Source of the DNA: Lachnospiraceae bacterium
Lineage (GTDB): Bacteria; Bacillota; Clostridia; Lachnospirales; Lachnospiraceae
Length of the DNA: 64,000 nucleotides
Direction: 5' to 3'
Assembly: GCA_050944855.1 (NCBI GenBank)
Contig: JBMNRU010000004.1
Location: 22,634-86,633, forward strand
The position numbers and the translations under genes are program-made. Under the pieces are notes generated by a model. It saw only the letters and a list, made by a program, of their open reading frames with translations, was not told the origin of the DNA and did not search any database. This document shows positions 1-10,149 of the stretch, in pieces; the stretch's first letter is position 1, and each line of letters starts with the position of its first letter.

Positions 1-687
1 TGCTATGTTCCCCATCTGTTTTGGCCGCAGCAGGCAGCGTCTGAGATGAAACCGGTTCTTCCTTCTGATCACATGGATAGATAACAAACTAAGGCTGATG
101 GCCGGTGCCAGACAGGTGGCGAGTACGGCTCCGAACATACCCCAGTTGTTGATGAAAATAAAAATATAATCCAGAACAATATTCGCTCCGCTTCCCAAAA
201 GCATGGCCGCCATAGAAAGTGCAGGATTTCCATCATTTCTTACAAAGGCAATCATAACCTGATTCATCATAAATACGGGAGAAAACAAAAAAATCATACG
301 CAGATACGTATTGGTCATGACAAATGTAGCCTCATCCGCTCCAAGAAAAAAACTGATAGGACCAGAGAAAAAAAGCCCCGCTGTCACAAATAGGATCCCC
401 ACTAATGTGACCATATAGATTGACTGCATAAATGCCATATCCATGGCGATCTGATCCTGACGGGCACCGGCAACCGCATACTGGGTTCCTCCCCCGATGC
501 CGATCATCTGCCCTGCTGCATAGATCAGGCTGTACATCACAATGGCCAGATTCAATGCCGCCAGTCCGTTGCTTCCCAGACCTCTGGCTATAAAGAAGGT
601 ATCTGCCAGAATGTAACAGGAAATTCCTATCATCCCAAGTACATTGGCAGATACGTATTTGCTGAATATACGCAATCCATGATTCAT
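1..687 (-). CDS. MATE-like efflux transporter, N-terminal part (gene runs off the window start)
   Basis: Not in the ORF track because it is truncated. Manual minus-strand translation from ATG 687-685 gives MNHGLRIFSKYVSANVLGMIGISCYILADTFFIARGLGSNGLAALNLAI..., a polytopic hydrophobic protein resembling clostridial MATE N-termini. Confidence 0.6.
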   Translation of the reverse strand, partial: MNHGLRIFSKYVSANVLGMIGISCYILADTFFIARGLGSNGLAALNLAIVMYSLIYAAGQMIGIGGGTQYAVAGARQDQIAMDMAFMQSIYMVTLVGILFVTAGLFFSGPISFFLGADEATFVMTNTYLRMIFLFSPVFMMNQVMIAFVRNDGNPALSMAAMLLGSGANIVLDYIFIFINNWGMFGAVLATCLAPAISLSLLSIHVIRRKNRFHLRRCLLRPKQMGNIA

Positions 688-833
688 ATCTAACTGTCTC
701 CTAATTGGCATCTCCTGTCCTCAGGACAAAAGTTATCGTTCCTGCTTCAAAGCAGTCTTTCAAATATAGCAAAAGTGTCCAGATATTACCCCTGCTAAGG
801 CTTAAAGAAGTAATATCCAGACACTTCTGGTTT

Positions 834-1337
834 TTAAAAGCTCCGGATCTTATCATCTGCATCATCCTGCGTATTTTCAATCTTACGAATGATCACATCA
901 TATCCGACTCCCTCGGCCACCTGTACATGAACCCGGTCTCCCACTTTATGTCCCAGGATTGCTTTCCCGATGGGAGATTCAATGCTGATCATACCCTGCA
1001 GGGAATTTCCACGGATACTGGTAACCAGTTTATAGGTCTCTTCTTCATCCTCTTCTTCAAAATACACGGTGACTGTATTATTCATTCCCACTTCATCCTC
1101 ACGGGAAGTATCTGTCACAATAGAAGCGGTTCTCAGCATACGCTCCAGATAGCGAATACGGCTTTCATTCTTATTCTTATCCCGTTTTGCGGCATAATAC
1201 TCAAAATTCTCGCTGAGGTCTCCCTGCGCTCTGGCTTCTTTTACCGCCTCGATCGCCTTTTTTCGTACCACCAGTTTCCTGTATTCGATCTCTTCTTCTA
1301 TTTTCTTTACATCACTTTCTGTCAACTGTTCCCGCAT
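834..1337 (-). CDS. greA: Transcription elongation factor GreA
   Basis: 167 aa. N-terminal coiled coil (EARAQGDLSENFEYYAAKRDK) plus C-terminal FKBP-like domain (SIESPIGKAILGHKVGD), typical of GreA. Confidence 0.95.
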   Translation of the reverse strand: MREQLTESDVKKIEEEIEYRKLVVRKKAIEAVKEARAQGDLSENFEYYAAKRDKNKNESRIRYLERMLRTASIVTDTSREDEVGMNNTVTVYFEEEDEEETYKLVTSIRGNSLQGMISIESPIGKAILGHKVGDRVHVQVAEGVGYDVIIRKIENTQDDADDKIRSF

Positions 1338-1355
1338 TACCTATCCTCTTTTCTC

Positions 1356-1874
1356 TTAGCCTTCCTGATCGCACAGCAAATGGAGCACCCGGGGCGCCGC
1401 GATCAAAAACCAGGCACAAAACTGTTCCGGATGTGTCTCCAATTCCTTCTGCAGATCCTGTATCGCAATCCAGCGAATCTCCTCAATCTCTTCTGTATCC
1501 GGATGAACCTCTCCCGCATATTCTGTCAGATATACGTGGTCGTACTCATATTCGCTCAGGCCCTCATACTGCTGAAAATATACAAAGGAAAACACTTCTT
1601 TCACATCGCAGCAAATTCCCAGCTCTTCTTTCATACGACGGGGAACCGCTTCCAAAAGTGTCTCACCCTTCCGGGGATGAGAACAGCAGGCATTCGCCCA
1701 CAAGCCTCCCGAATGATACTTGCCTTTCGCTCTTTTTTGAATCAACATTTTATTTCCATTTATGACAAATACCGAAAAAGCACGATGAAGCTGATTTTTT
1801 CGATGGGTTTCTAACTTTTCTCCGCTTCCGATCTCCTGATCCAGAAGGTCTACCCAGATTAAATTCTCGTTCAT
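1356..1874 (-). CDS. idi: Isopentenyl-diphosphate delta-isomerase, type 1 (Nudix)
   Basis: 172 aa. LHRAFSVFV...QKRA..K.HSGGLWANACCSHP and a Nudix-like EELGI segment. Confidence 0.85.
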   Translation of the reverse strand: MNENLIWVDLLDQEIGSGEKLETHRKNQLHRAFSVFVINGNKMLIQKRAKGKYHSGGLWANACCSHPRKGETLLEAVPRRMKEELGICCDVKEVFSFVYFQQYEGLSEYEYDHVYLTEYAGEVHPDTEEIEEIRWIAIQDLQKELETHPEQFCAWFLIAAPRVLHLLCDQEG

Positions 1875-1993
1875 TTCCTATCTACTTTCTTTCTATGTCA
1901 ATTCTCTCAGTTTCTGACATCACACATATACCATTATAATAAATTTCTCAGCTTACTTCAATAGATATCCAAAAATGGCATGATTGGCAGCTT

Positions 1994-3757
1994 TTACAGA
2001 TACTGACTGTGATACAGATTTGCATAAAAACCATTTTTTTGCAGCAGGCTTTCATGATTTCCCTGCTCTATGATCTTGCCGTCTTTCATAACAAGGATCA
2101 CATCTGCTTCCCGAATAGTGGAAAGACGATGGGCTACCAGAAAGCTGGTTCTGCCCTCCATCATCCGGGCAAAGGCCTTCTGAATCCGCATTTCCGTTCG
2201 CGTATCAATGCTGGACGTGGCTTCATCCAGGATCAGCATAGGCGGCAGACAGAGCATAACTCTGGCAATACACAAAAGCTGCTTTTGTCCCTGACTGATA
2301 TTTCCTCCATCCTCGGTAATCTCTGTGTCATATCCCTTTGGCAGACGCATGATAAAGCTGTGGGCATGGGCGGCCTTTGCAGCTTCTATGACCTCTTTTC
2401 TGGTCGCTTCCGGTTTTCCATAGGCAATATTTTCTAAAACAGACCCTTTCTTCAGCCAGGTTTCCTGCAATACCATCCCGTAGCTTCTTCGAAGAGAGGC
2501 TCTGGTGATATCACGAATATCTGTTCCGGATACGGAGATCCTGCCCTGCTGCACATCATAGAAACGCATCAGCAGATTGATCATCGTTGTTTTTCCGCAG
2601 CCGGTAGGACCAACAATGGCAATTCTCTGTCCCGGTTTCACTGACAGATTAAAATTCTCGATCAGCGGACGGTCCGGTACATAAGAAAAAGATACCTGCT
2701 CTAAGTCCACCGTTCCTGTGGTATTTTCAGGTGTCAGCACCCGGGCATCCGGCACATCCTCTGTCTGAGCCCGCTCATCCAACAGCTGAAATACACGGCC
2801 GGCGCAGGCCAGGGCATTCTGCAGTTCCGTCACAACACCGGAAATTTCATTAAATGGTTTTGTATATTGATTGGCATAACTTAAAAAGCAGGATAACTGC
2901 CCTACCGTAATTCCTCCGGCAACTGCATACAAAGCGCCTACCAGGCCAACGCCCGCATATACCACATTATTGACAAAACGGGTACAGGGATTGGTAAGAC
3001 TGCTGAAAAAGATAGCTTTCAAACTGACTTTTTGAAGCCGTCCATTCATGTCATCAAATGTTTCCAATGCCTTTTTTTCATATCCAAACGCCTGCACCAC
3101 ACGCAGGCCTTCCATCATTTCATTAATAAAACTCGTCTGTTCCCCCCGCACTTCACTCTGGGTTTTAAAGTTATGAAATGTCTTTTTCGCAATAAATCCG
3201 GCCACCACAAAACTAAGAGGCGTGACGCACACAACTACCAATGTGATGCTTACATTTACATAAATCATAAATCCCAGTGTACCGATAATGGTCAGAACTC
3301 CTGTGAAAAACTGGGTGAACCCCATAAGCAAACCGTCCGCAAACTGATCCACATCGGTGATCACGCGGCTTACCAGATCCCCGGAGGGATGTCTGTCCAG
3401 GTAAGAAAGCGGCAGTACCTGAATCCGGGAAATGGCTTCATTTCTCAAATCCCTGGATACACTATACGTGATCTTATTGTTGCAAAGACTCATGATCCAC
3501 TGCGCAAAAAAAGTCAGGGCCACAGATGCCAATATGATTTTGCAAATGGCAAAAAGACCGGCAAAATCCACGTTTCCCTCTCCGATCATATAGTCAATGG
3601 CATTCCCTGTGAGAATCGGCACGTACAGCTGGGTCGCCACGGAAAGCGCCGCACACAGCAAGCTGCAGATCACAAATATTTTATAGGGAGCAATATAACG
3701 AAGCACCCTTGTCAAAGTTGCCTTTTTCTGTTCTCTTTTTTCCTTATCCGCCATCAC
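1994..3757 (-). CDS. ABC exporter, fused permease/ATPase (half of a heterodimeric pair)
   Basis: 587 aa. Six-TM N-terminal domain, Walker A GPTGCGKTT, signature ISQGQKQ, Walker B LILDEATS. Start overlaps the upstream partner by 4 nt. Confidence 0.9.
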   Translation of the reverse strand: MMADKEKREQKKATLTRVLRYIAPYKIFVICSLLCAALSVATQLYVPILTGNAIDYMIGEGNVDFAGLFAICKIILASVALTFFAQWIMSLCNNKITYSVSRDLRNEAISRIQVLPLSYLDRHPSGDLVSRVITDVDQFADGLLMGFTQFFTGVLTIIGTLGFMIYVNVSITLVVVCVTPLSFVVAGFIAKKTFHNFKTQSEVRGEQTSFINEMMEGLRVVQAFGYEKKALETFDDMNGRLQKVSLKAIFFSSLTNPCTRFVNNVVYAGVGLVGALYAVAGGITVGQLSCFLSYANQYTKPFNEISGVVTELQNALACAGRVFQLLDERAQTEDVPDARVLTPENTTGTVDLEQVSFSYVPDRPLIENFNLSVKPGQRIAIVGPTGCGKTTMINLLMRFYDVQQGRISVSGTDIRDITRASLRRSYGMVLQETWLKKGSVLENIAYGKPEATRKEVIEAAKAAHAHSFIMRLPKGYDTEITEDGGNISQGQKQLLCIARVMLCLPPMLILDEATSSIDTRTEMRIQKAFARMMEGRTSFLVAHRLSTIREADVILVMKDGKIIEQGNHESLLQKNGFYANLYHSQYL

Positions 3758-5484
3758 GCTTCACCTGCCTTTTTAAACTGACTCTCGTATATTTCCCGAT
3801 ATACCAGACAGCCCTCCAGCAATTCTTCATGCGTGCCGATACCGCATAATTCTCCATCATCCAACACTAAAATCCGATCCGCATGCTGCAGGCTGGAAGC
3901 TCTCTGACTGACGATAAAAACCGTCATTTCTCCCTCCAGGGCAGCAATGGCTTTTCTGAGTGCCGCGTCTGTAGCAAAATCCAGCGCACTTGCACTGTCA
4001 TCCAAAATAAGAATATCTGGTTTTGCCACCAATGCTCTGGCAATGGTCAGACGCTGCCGCTGCCCGCCGGAAAGATTTCTTCCTTCCTGTTCCACCGGGT
4101 CATCCAGACCCAGTTTTTTGCCCCGGACAAATTCCTCTGCCTGTGCCATCCGAAGGGCCTCCCAGAGCTTTTCTTCCTGTGCATCAGGATTTCCCCAGAG
4201 AAGATTGGAACGGATGGTTCCGGAAAATAACTGTGCTTTCTGCTGTACCACACCGATCCGCTCTCTCAGCTGCTCTTTCGGATACTTTTTAATATCCACG
4301 CCAAAGATACGCACTCTGCCCCGGGTCGCATCATAAAACCGGGGAATCAAACTGATCAATGTAGATTTCCCGCTTCCGGTACCGCCGATCACACCGATCG
4401 TCTCCCCCTTTCGGGCACAGAAATTAATATCGGATATACTCTCCGCGCCGGCACCTTTATAAGCAAATCCCACTTGTTCAAAAGCGACTGCCTCTTCTGT
4501 TTCTTCTTTTATGTCAACTCTTTCGACGCCAAATTCCATCTCCGGATCCATGTCCATCACAGACTGCACCCGATTGGCACAGGCAATCGCCTTTGTCACC
4601 AGAATAATCAGATTGGCTAATTTTACTAATTCCACCAGTATCTGGCTCATATAGTTCACCAGCGCCACCACATCACCCTGCTGCAGAGCACCGATATTTA
4701 CCTGTATAGCTCCCTGGTATAAAATGGCAATAATAGCCAGATTCACGATCACATAAGTAACCGGATTCATAACAGAAGAAATCTTTCCCACTGCCAGCTG
4801 CAGTCGGGTAAGCTCCTCATTTGCCTGACAAAACTGCTCTTTCTCCGCTTCCTCTCTGTGGAATGCCCTGACTACACGCACACCGGTAAGATTTTCGCGG
4901 GTTATCCCCAGTACCCGATCCAGACCGCCCTGTACCTTTTTATACATGGGCATGGTCCAGAGCATAATGCCGAACACTACAACAGCCAAAAGAGGAATGG
5001 CCACTACAAAGATCCAAGCCGCCTTCCGGCTGATAAAAAATGCCATGATCATACTGCCGAACACCACAAAAGGAGAACGCAAAAACAGACGCAGAAACAT
5101 ATTAATGCCATTCTGCACCTGATTTATATCGCTGGTCATACGGGTGATCAAAGTGGACGTGCCTACGGTATCCATTTCCGCAAATCCCAGCAGCTGAATA
5201 TGAGAAAAAAGAGCATGACGCAGCTCTGTGGAAAATCCTACTGCCGCCTTCGCCGCAAAATACTGCGCGGTAATACTGCACAGCAGACCGATAATCCCCA
5301 GAGCGATCAGTACGCCGCAAAGCTTCAGAATATAGACGCTGTCTCCTGATGCAATTCCTTTATCAATAATAGCAGCCATGACAAGCGGCACCAAAAGATC
5401 AAAAAACGCTTCCAGCATTTTAAAGAGCGGTGCGATCACACATTCTTTTTTATAGCCACGCATAAATTTTCCGAACTTTTTCAC
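3754..5484 (-). CDS. ABC exporter, fused permease/ATPase (partner subunit)
   Basis: 576 aa. Walker A GGTGSGKST, signature LSGGQRQR, Walker B LILDDSAS. Confidence 0.9.
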   Translation of the reverse strand: MKKFGKFMRGYKKECVIAPLFKMLEAFFDLLVPLVMAAIIDKGIASGDSVYILKLCGVLIALGIIGLLCSITAQYFAAKAAVGFSTELRHALFSHIQLLGFAEMDTVGTSTLITRMTSDINQVQNGINMFLRLFLRSPFVVFGSMIMAFFISRKAAWIFVVAIPLLAVVVFGIMLWTMPMYKKVQGGLDRVLGITRENLTGVRVVRAFHREEAEKEQFCQANEELTRLQLAVGKISSVMNPVTYVIVNLAIIAILYQGAIQVNIGALQQGDVVALVNYMSQILVELVKLANLIILVTKAIACANRVQSVMDMDPEMEFGVERVDIKEETEEAVAFEQVGFAYKGAGAESISDINFCARKGETIGVIGGTGSGKSTLISLIPRFYDATRGRVRIFGVDIKKYPKEQLRERIGVVQQKAQLFSGTIRSNLLWGNPDAQEEKLWEALRMAQAEEFVRGKKLGLDDPVEQEGRNLSGGQRQRLTIARALVAKPDILILDDSASALDFATDAALRKAIAALEGEMTVFIVSQRASSLQHADRILVLDDGELCGIGTHEELLEGCLVYREIYESQFKKAGEA

Positions 5485-5592
5485 CTGTTTTCCTCCTCTG
5501 ATACTCCTATATTTCTACGCTTCTTATCTTCTGCTGCTTTTTCCTTTTTATACCGGAAAAGCAGCGCTGCAAAGTTCTTTTCCACTGTCATT

Positions 5593-8283
5593 TCAGACAT
5601 CTTCCAGCTTCTTTCTTCCCAGACGTATCTCTTCCATCTGTTCCGCAAGCTCATCCGACATATGATGAAACAGATAATTCCTGCTGTTTTGCTTTTTATC
5701 ATGCCATTCTTCCCGGATCTGACGGCGCACAGCTTCTACCTCTTCCTTAAATTCCCTGGCAGATAACAGATTCGCCCCCTGGCCCAAGATGATCACCTGC
5801 TCCAGGCCATCGGAAGTGGCCACCGTTACCCGGTATTTTTTATCCATAGCATGTACTGTTTTTTCAATATACTGATCCGCCGTCTCCGCTTCTTTGGTAA
5901 ATACGACATAAATATTATGATATTTCAATACCTCTCCCGGATAGCCTTCCAGCTTATACGCATCAAATACCACGATCACCGTACATTTTTTGTACCCCTG
6001 ATAGTTGCATAAAATATCCTGCAGCTTACTTCTTGCCGCATCCATATTCACTTCTGCCAGTTCTTTTAACTCATCCCAGGCAAAAATAATATTATAACCA
6101 TCCACCAGAAGATATTCTTCTGCTTTTTTTTCTTTTTTAGGCGCTTTATAACGCTGCACAGGAGGAGAAGATACAGAGGAAGACCGCAGCGCCTCTCCTA
6201 TCCTTGGCTTTACCGGGCCATAGGTTCGCTCAAAAATGGCCTTCAGTTCCTCGTCATTTTGTCTGTCCCGGTCATAAGAGGCTGTGTTTATCGGCACAGA
6301 CCGGGGCGCAGTCTCTTCTTCCCGCGGCTCTTCCCATCCGCTTTGTATATGCATATACTGCTCTACTTCATCCCAGTTCACCACAAATCCGGCACCGTGA
6401 GAGCAGAAAACAGAACCGGTAGGATGTTCCAAATCCCGTTCCGGATCATATCCTATCCTTTCTATCACTTCCTCCGCATTATGACAGACCTCATATCCTT
6501 TTAACATACAGAATAATCGGCCCCGGCCTCTGGTATAAGAAATCACTTCTGCCTGATAGTCCTGCATCCCGGCCACCGGCGCAAAACCTTCCAGCACCAT
6601 GCTGTCCATCTCCAGATACGGAGGCTCAAAACTTCCGGACATCCGCTGCACATCAGACATGGCTCTTCCCACCATCTCGGCGGGTACCTCCAGACGAAAC
6701 TCATAATAAGGTTCCAGAAGAATGCTCTCTGCTTTTTTCAATCCCTGGCGAACCGCCCGATATGTGGCCTGACGGAAATCGCCCCCTTCGGTATGTTTCA
6801 GATGAGCCCGCCCGGTCAGCAGGGTAATCTTCATATCTGTGACGGGGGAACCGGTGAGTACGCCTTTATGTTCCCTTTCTGCCAGATGCGTCAGAATCAG
6901 CCGCTGCCAGTTACGGTCCAGAATATCCTCATCACAGTCCGATGCAAAAACAAGACCGCTTCCCCTTTCCAGCGGTTCCAGAAGCAAATGTACCTCTGCA
7001 TAATGCCGAAGGGGCTCATAATGTCCCACACCTTCCACCGGGGCAGCTATGGTCTCTTTATATACAATATTTCCGGCTCCAAATTCTACAGAAACACCAA
7101 AACGTTCTGCAATTAAGCTTTTTAATATTTCAATCTGGACTTCTCCCATCACCTGGGCATGTATTTCCTGCAGCTGTTCTTCCCAGATAATATGCAGCTG
7201 AGGCTCTTCTTCCTCCAGCTGGCGCAGCTGCAAAAGCATAGTATGCACATCACAGTCCTGGGGCAGCAGAATCTGGTATGTCAGCACCGGTTCCAAAACA
7301 GGCTCTTTTGCTTCTTCTTCCATCCCCAGACCCGCTCCCGGCTGTGTCTGGCTTAAGCCCGTCACGGCACAGATCGTGCCTGCCAAAGCTTCTTTTACCA
7401 TTTCATACTTAGAACCGGAATAGATACGGATCTGATCGGCTTTTTCCCGGTCTTCTGTCAATACATCCTTTACCTTCAGGCATCCTCCCGTAATTTTCAT
7501 ATACGTCAGACGATTCCCCTGATCGTCCCGGGCAATCTTATACACCCGGGCACCAAATGTATCCGGATAAACCGGCATCCGGGTATAATCCCTAAGACCC
7601 TGCAAAAGTTCTTCTATCCCCTGCAGTTTCAGGGCAGATCCGAAATAACAGGGGAATACTTTCCGCTGCGCGATCAGACGGACAATATCCTTCCGATTCA
7701 GTTCTCCCGTTTCCAAATACTGCTCCAGCAGCGCTTCCTCGCACATTGCCAGACTTTCATAAAAGGCTTCCGGATCCCGGCCGGCGTCAAATTCTATACA
7801 GCCATCATCCAGACGTCTCTTCAATTCCTCCAGCAGCGCTTCTCTGTCACAGCCCGGCTGATCCATTTTATTAATAAACAAAAAAACTGGAACCTGATAA
7901 CGCTCCAGCAGTCTCCATAATGTCTGTGTATGTCCCTGCACACCATCTGCACCGCTGATCACCAACACCGCATAGTCCAACACCTGCAGTGTCCGCTCCA
8001 TCTCTGCCGAAAAATCTACATGTCCCGGTGTATCCAGCAGGGTTATCTCGGCATCCTCCAGATAAACCATGGCCTGTTTGGAAAATATGGTGATCCCCCG
8101 GGCACGTTCCAGCTCAAAGGTATCCAGAAAAGCATCTTTATCGTCCACTCTTCCCATTTTCCGGATACTTCCGCCCAGATATAAAATGCTCTCAGAAAGA
8201 GTTGTCTTTCCCGCATCCACATGAGCCAGCAAGCCTACACAAATACGTTTCCTGATTTTCTTTTTTTCCTCCTGTTTGCCCAT
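5593..8283 (-). CDS. Translational GTPase (Tet(M)/EF-G-like) fused to a C-terminal YacP/Rae1-type NYN ribonuclease domain
   Basis: 896 aa. G1 AHVDAGKT, G3 DTPGH, G4 NKMD, then EF-G-like domains to about aa 640. A Ser/Pro/Lys linker follows. Residues 722-896 (nt 5596-6120) read LLVDGYN..VVFDAYK..FTKEAETADQYIE..VATSDGLEQ, matching B. subtilis YacP/Rae1 end to end. Confidence 0.85.
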   Translation of the reverse strand: MGKQEEKKKIRKRICVGLLAHVDAGKTTLSESILYLGGSIRKMGRVDDKDAFLDTFELERARGITIFSKQAMVYLEDAEITLLDTPGHVDFSAEMERTLQVLDYAVLVISGADGVQGHTQTLWRLLERYQVPVFLFINKMDQPGCDREALLEELKRRLDDGCIEFDAGRDPEAFYESLAMCEEALLEQYLETGELNRKDIVRLIAQRKVFPCYFGSALKLQGIEELLQGLRDYTRMPVYPDTFGARVYKIARDDQGNRLTYMKITGGCLKVKDVLTEDREKADQIRIYSGSKYEMVKEALAGTICAVTGLSQTQPGAGLGMEEEAKEPVLEPVLTYQILLPQDCDVHTMLLQLRQLEEEEPQLHIIWEEQLQEIHAQVMGEVQIEILKSLIAERFGVSVEFGAGNIVYKETIAAPVEGVGHYEPLRHYAEVHLLLEPLERGSGLVFASDCDEDILDRNWQRLILTHLAEREHKGVLTGSPVTDMKITLLTGRAHLKHTEGGDFRQATYRAVRQGLKKAESILLEPYYEFRLEVPAEMVGRAMSDVQRMSGSFEPPYLEMDSMVLEGFAPVAGMQDYQAEVISYTRGRGRLFCMLKGYEVCHNAEEVIERIGYDPERDLEHPTGSVFCSHGAGFVVNWDEVEQYMHIQSGWEEPREEETAPRSVPINTASYDRDRQNDEELKAIFERTYGPVKPRIGEALRSSSVSSPPVQRYKAPKKEKKAEEYLLVDGYNIIFAWDELKELAEVNMDAARSKLQDILCNYQGYKKCTVIVVFDAYKLEGYPGEVLKYHNIYVVFTKEAETADQYIEKTVHAMDKKYRVTVATSDGLEQVIILGQGANLLSAREFKEEVEAVRRQIREEWHDKKQNSRNYLFHHMSDELAEQMEEIRLGRKKLEDV

Positions 8284-8388
8284 GAAAATGCCTCCTCCCG
8301 TGAAAAAATACTCTTAGTAGTATATCACAAGAGGAGGCAATCGTCGAGTTTTTCTCATCCCTGTCCATATGAAAATACCGCAGGCATT

Positions 8389-10149
8389 TTACTCTAACTC
8401 TGCAATTTGTTTCTGCAGATATCTGCCCACCACATTAGCAAAGTCTGTAATATCACGAATATAAGCAAAATCTTTTCCGAATATTTTTTTCTCGGCCTGC
8501 AGATCTTCCTCTTCTCCTGCGAACACACCCAGCACAGCAATTTTTCTGTTTCTCAGTTTCCGGATCTCTCCCGCCGTATCCTTTACCGCATAGTCCAGAC
8601 AGTAGGGTTCTTTGTGCTTCTCGTCCCTGTCCTCATAGCGAATATCCTGAATACCGGCAATAATATCACTGGGTCTTCCGTCGCTGAGCACAATGAGAAT
8701 CTTATTCTCCTCGTCCCGTTTTTCCAGACTGTCAGCCACAGCCCGAACAGCAAGACCATCCCGGTTATTGGCGGAACCGTAAAACTCAAAAATCCGGGAA
8801 TTTATCTCTCTTCCATCTTCATAATCCCGGAATTTATTTAAAATAGTATAAGCGCCGAAGGTACAAAAGCCTACAACCCGATGAGGGATTCTCACAATAC
8901 TTAAAGCTTCGCTGATAATATAACCCTGGAGTGCCACCAGACTTTGCCTTCCCTGCTGGGATCCGCTGGCGTCAATCAGTACTTCTACGACAAAATCCGT
9001 ATTGTCCCGAATCAACTCCCGTTCAAACAAACGGCGGTTTTTGGTTCGTCCCACATTCCACAGTTTGGGAACACAGATCATTCCATAATCGCTGCTGCAG
9101 ATTTCTTTTTCCGTTCTGGTAAGCAGTGCCCTCTTCAGGGTTCCTGCCAATACCTGTATATTCTGTCTTGTTACTAACTGTTTTTTTCTGAATTCCTTCA
9201 GATTTTCTTCCTTTACCTTCCGGACAAAAATAGCTTTTGCCGTATGCCCCATCTGACAGTGCAGGATTCCCTCCGTCATATGGATACGGCATTCTTCATG
9301 AATTCCTCTGCATATCTGGGAATTGAAATACTTCTTTTCCTGCTCTGTAAGACAGCTCTTTCCATAATTCCGCTCCACATATTCTTCCATGCGTGCCGTT
9401 GATTCCTGATCCAGGTAAATCATCCGTGCTTTGGATTTCTCCTGCTGTCCATTGTCCTGCGCATCCACATGACCACTGAAAATATTAACCGGCCGGTCGT
9501 CATCCGACTGGGGGACTTCCTCTTCCGTCGTCTCCGTCTCAGCATATTCTTTCCTATCTTTATCGGAATTCTTCACATGGCGGTCCAGCCCTTTGAAATC
9601 CTTTGCAAAGCCTGCTGCATAAGCCTGTTTATAAACCCATTCCAGGCAGGTGCAGATATCCTGGAGAAACTGGGTATCGCACAGACTGCAGATCCGCTCC
9701 AGAAGCGGCTGTATCCTGTCATTTGCCTTTTCCCCATACAAAACATATTCCAAATAACATTTCTCAATATAATCCCAGTCTGTATGGGTAAGCCGCACAA
9801 TATCTTTCTCAAGCGTATCCTGATAAGCTCTTTTGCGGATAGCCGCCACACCTTTTCGTTCCTTTTCAGCCTTCTTCCACACCGCGCTGTCAATACAGAT
9901 CTTCCCCAGGGCCGTAAGAACTGTGCTGTTCATCCCCGCATATACTTTTTTTGCAATAAAATGATCATAGGCTCTGGCATCAAAATACTTTTCAAAAGCC
10001 CCCTGCCGGATGGCATCATAAAAAGCAATATACCTGGACTTCCGATACACATCCTCATCCACCCGGATATCCAGATCGTAATCCTCGCTGACGGTCCAAA
10101 GCACATTCTGGATCCGGCTGCGGATATCCATAATATTTTCTTCTCTCAT
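8389..10149 (-). CDS. VWA-domain protein (NorD/CbbO/CobT-like partner of the AAA+ ATPase)
   Basis: C-terminal VWA domain with MIDAS VLIDASGSQ and ILIVLSDGRPSD. The N-terminal ~400 aa have no domain I recognise. The start was moved to ATG 10149, which overlaps the upstream stop as TAATG. Confidence 0.8.
   Translation of the reverse strand: MREENIMDIRSRIQNVLWTVSEDYDLDIRVDEDVYRKSRYIAFYDAIRQGAFEKYFDARAYDHFIAKKVYAGMNSTVLTALGKICIDSAVWKKAEKERKGVAAIRKRAYQDTLEKDIVRLTHTDWDYIEKCYLEYVLYGEKANDRIQPLLERICSLCDTQFLQDICTCLEWVYKQAYAAGFAKDFKGLDRHVKNSDKDRKEYAETETTEEEVPQSDDDRPVNIFSGHVDAQDNGQQEKSKARMIYLDQESTARMEEYVERNYGKSCLTEQEKKYFNSQICRGIHEECRIHMTEGILHCQMGHTAKAIFVRKVKEENLKEFRKKQLVTRQNIQVLAGTLKRALLTRTEKEICSSDYGMICVPKLWNVGRTKNRRLFERELIRDNTDFVVEVLIDASGSQQGRQSLVALQGYIISEALSIVRIPHRVVGFCTFGAYTILNKFRDYEDGREINSRIFEFYGSANNRDGLAVRAVADSLEKRDEENKILIVLSDGRPSDIIAGIQDIRYEDRDEKHKEPYCLDYAVKDTAGEIRKLRNRKIAVLGVFAGEEEDLQAEKKIFGKDFAYIRDITDFANVVGRYLQKQIAELE

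Noticed and set aside
705-1814. 369-aa plus-strand ORF, the longest unexplained ORF in the track.
   Set aside because: It is entirely antisense to greA and idi, which have clear family signatures. Its product is low-complexity and Phe/Leu/Ile-rich with no motif. This is a typical shadow ORF.
5481-5702. 73-aa minus-strand ORF between the GTPase-NYN gene and the ABC genes.
   Set aside because: It overlaps the 3' end of the GTPase-NYN gene and the 5' end of the ABC gene in other frames. It has no RBS and no recognisable features.
5593-8283. Calling the GTPase a tet(M)/tet(O)/tet(W)-class tetracycline resistance gene.
   Set aside because: Only family-level similarity to ribosomal-protection/EF-G-like GTPases is visible. 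The length, the NYN fusion and the chromosomal context do not fit known tet genes. Resistance cannot be inferred without a database comparison.
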